Source of the DNA: Oculina patagonica
Taxonomy: Eukaryota
DNA: 64,000 nucleotides
NCBI RefSeq assembly: GCF_052425735.1
Contig: NC_135759.1
Coordinates: 22,444,001-22,508,000 of the forward strand
Reading direction: 5' to 3'
Shown: piece after piece, positions 62,209 through 64,000 of the stretch
How positions within the stretch are numbered: position 1 is the stretch's first letter
Layout of the letters: each line of letters opens with the position of its first letter
Translations under genes and position numbers: made by a program
Notes under the pieces: model-generated
The model's database searches: none
What the model was told of the DNA's origin: nothing
What the model saw: only the letters and a program-made list of their open reading frames with translations

Positions 62209-63120
62209 TTTTTAAATCTGAGAAAGTCAATGGTCAACGATTGAAAACTTAAATTTATGATTTGCGCTCGGTATTTGCGATTTGGGTTACGAGAGAGGCG
62301 CCACGTGGGTCGCCGATCCCTTAAATGTTTTTTGCAAGATTGTCGTTAATATCCATCTAAATCTTCGTCAGTCTAAACCATCCCTGTTTCTTTTCTAGTT
62401 AACTATACCCCTTTGGTGTTTTTCTAACTGAGTAAACGGCTATTTTATATTTTTCTTTGGATTTGAAGGTAATTTTGTACAGTGGAAAATGACTTAGAAA
62501 ATTATATCGATCTATATCGACATCGTGACATACATGTACGTGAAAGACTCTGGGTGAAGTTTTATTCACGTAGTCATAAGAACATTAGCAATTCTTTTTA
62601 AGTTACACCAAGTTAATCCAACTCGACTTTTAGCTGCTTATAGTCATTCTGCCAGTCATGCAGTAAACAATTTCATGGCCTGTATCAAAACTAGCTCTTG
62701 AAAATTTAGGCCAATTTATCATTTTTTCGGTGAAGTATGATGTTCAAGAACGTAAAGCTGCCTTTACCGGCGAAGCACATTTTCTTTTTGTAAACAGTTG
62801 ATGCCATTTCGGAAAAGGAGACTGCTAGCAGGAAACCACACTTTTGACTTGGAAACTATTTTTCTACCAAAAATGAAGTCACCACCAGGCTCCTTGTTTG
62901 CTTGTTCCCAACAAAATTTTCCTTGTGTTCCCTGAAAATATTTCTTCGATTTTGGTGTTCCTTGTTCCCTAAAATGCCTTTGTTTTTGTTTTCCCAGTTT
63001 TATTTTCCTTTTTATCCCATGTTCCCAAAAGGTAAATGGCCATGTTTCCTTGTCCCCTGAAAAACCTCTGGGGAGCCTCATTTTTCCTGGTTTGAATCAT
63101 GGCAGTCAGAGGTCACTGTA

Positions 63121-63687
63121 CAGTCAACTCTCTCTAAGACGGACACCGTCGGGACCGGCCCCAACTGTCCGTCTTATAGAGGTGTCCGCCTTATAGAGAG
63201 TCGAGGTAACGTGACACCAGAAACTTTGAGACGATAAAGCTAAACGGCTATGCACAACGAATACACGTCTGTTTTAGTCGCTTACGTTAGCAAAACCTAT
63301 AAAGTGGAACAAAAATAATATCAGAGATTTAACTTGTTTGTTAATAACAAACGGTGATACTATAAGTAGAAAACTAAATCTACAAGTTTAAGCAGAGAAG
63401 TAATGCGTTTTAGCAGATTGTTTTTGGTAAATTTGGTATTCTAAAGGCGCTGACCTGCTATGCTATATGTCGATAACAAGTTTTGAAGTATTATTCACGA
63501 AAAAATAACTTTTAGTGCCTGTCCGTTGGCGGTTTCAAAGTGTCCGTTGTCCGTCTTAGAGAGGTGTCCGTCTAACAGAGAGTTTTCTTACAGTAAAATG
63601 ACTGAAAAATGGCAGGGACCATAACCAGGTGTCCGTCTTATGGAGGTGTCCATCTTATAGAGGTGTCCGTTAAGAGAGAGTTGACTG
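63121..63687. mobile_element. pogo/Tigger-like MITE inserted into a SINE fragment
   Basis: TA|CAGTCAACTCTCTC...GAGAGAGTTGACTG|TA with repeated aggtgtccgtctta motifs; the flanks rejoin into SINE family 1 sequence. Confidence 0.8.
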
Positions 63688-64000
63688 TATAGTGTTCTTG
63701 CGCAAGATACTTTTCTCTCTCAGTGCCTCTCCACACAGGTGCTGCTGAAACCAGTAAGGTTGGGCTGATACAGGTTTTTCAAAGCGATACGATATCAATA
63801 CGATATTTGCCTTTTTTCTCGATATCGATATTATGACTTCATTTCCGTCCTGACGTCATTAGTATGTCACATGATTTGTCTGACCATACACATAGGCGTA
63901 CGGGCACCTTCGGACCTGGGGGGGCGGAGAGCTTATTGCCCGAAAAAGGGCATGGGTTGAAAGCCGAATAATGAGGCATAAAATGGACGTGCATTGAAAT

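Overview
Eukaryotic, AT-rich, intron- and repeat-rich genomic DNA. The repeat landscape and the TRP family suggest an anthozoan cnidarian, probably a stony coral (inference). All gene models were spliced by hand. (1) The 3' part of a GH29 alpha-L-fucosidase gene (+, 1229-7074), whose exon carrying the catalytic nucleophile occurs as two intact tandem copies 56 nt apart. (2) A complete 26-exon DEAD-box helicase DDX56/DBP9 gene (-, 17808-37811, about 560 aa) with micro-exons and one U12-type intron. (3) Two paralogous 4-exon ankyrin-repeat TRP channel genes (TRPV-like), tail-to-tail (+ 38810-45477; - 47610-53517), with identical intron positions, different pore filters and an N-terminal (R/K)VxP motif in both. 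(4) Two tandem RNase MRP RNA genes (about 60263-60560 and 61914-62208), each with CCAAT/TATA promoter and oligo-T terminator. The rest is non-autonomous DNA transposons (Helitron-like, pogo/Tc2-like, Harbinger-like, hAT5-like, Kolobok-like), several nested, plus tRNA-derived SINEs and simple repeats. Most ORFs in the supplied track are spurious or are exon fragments.
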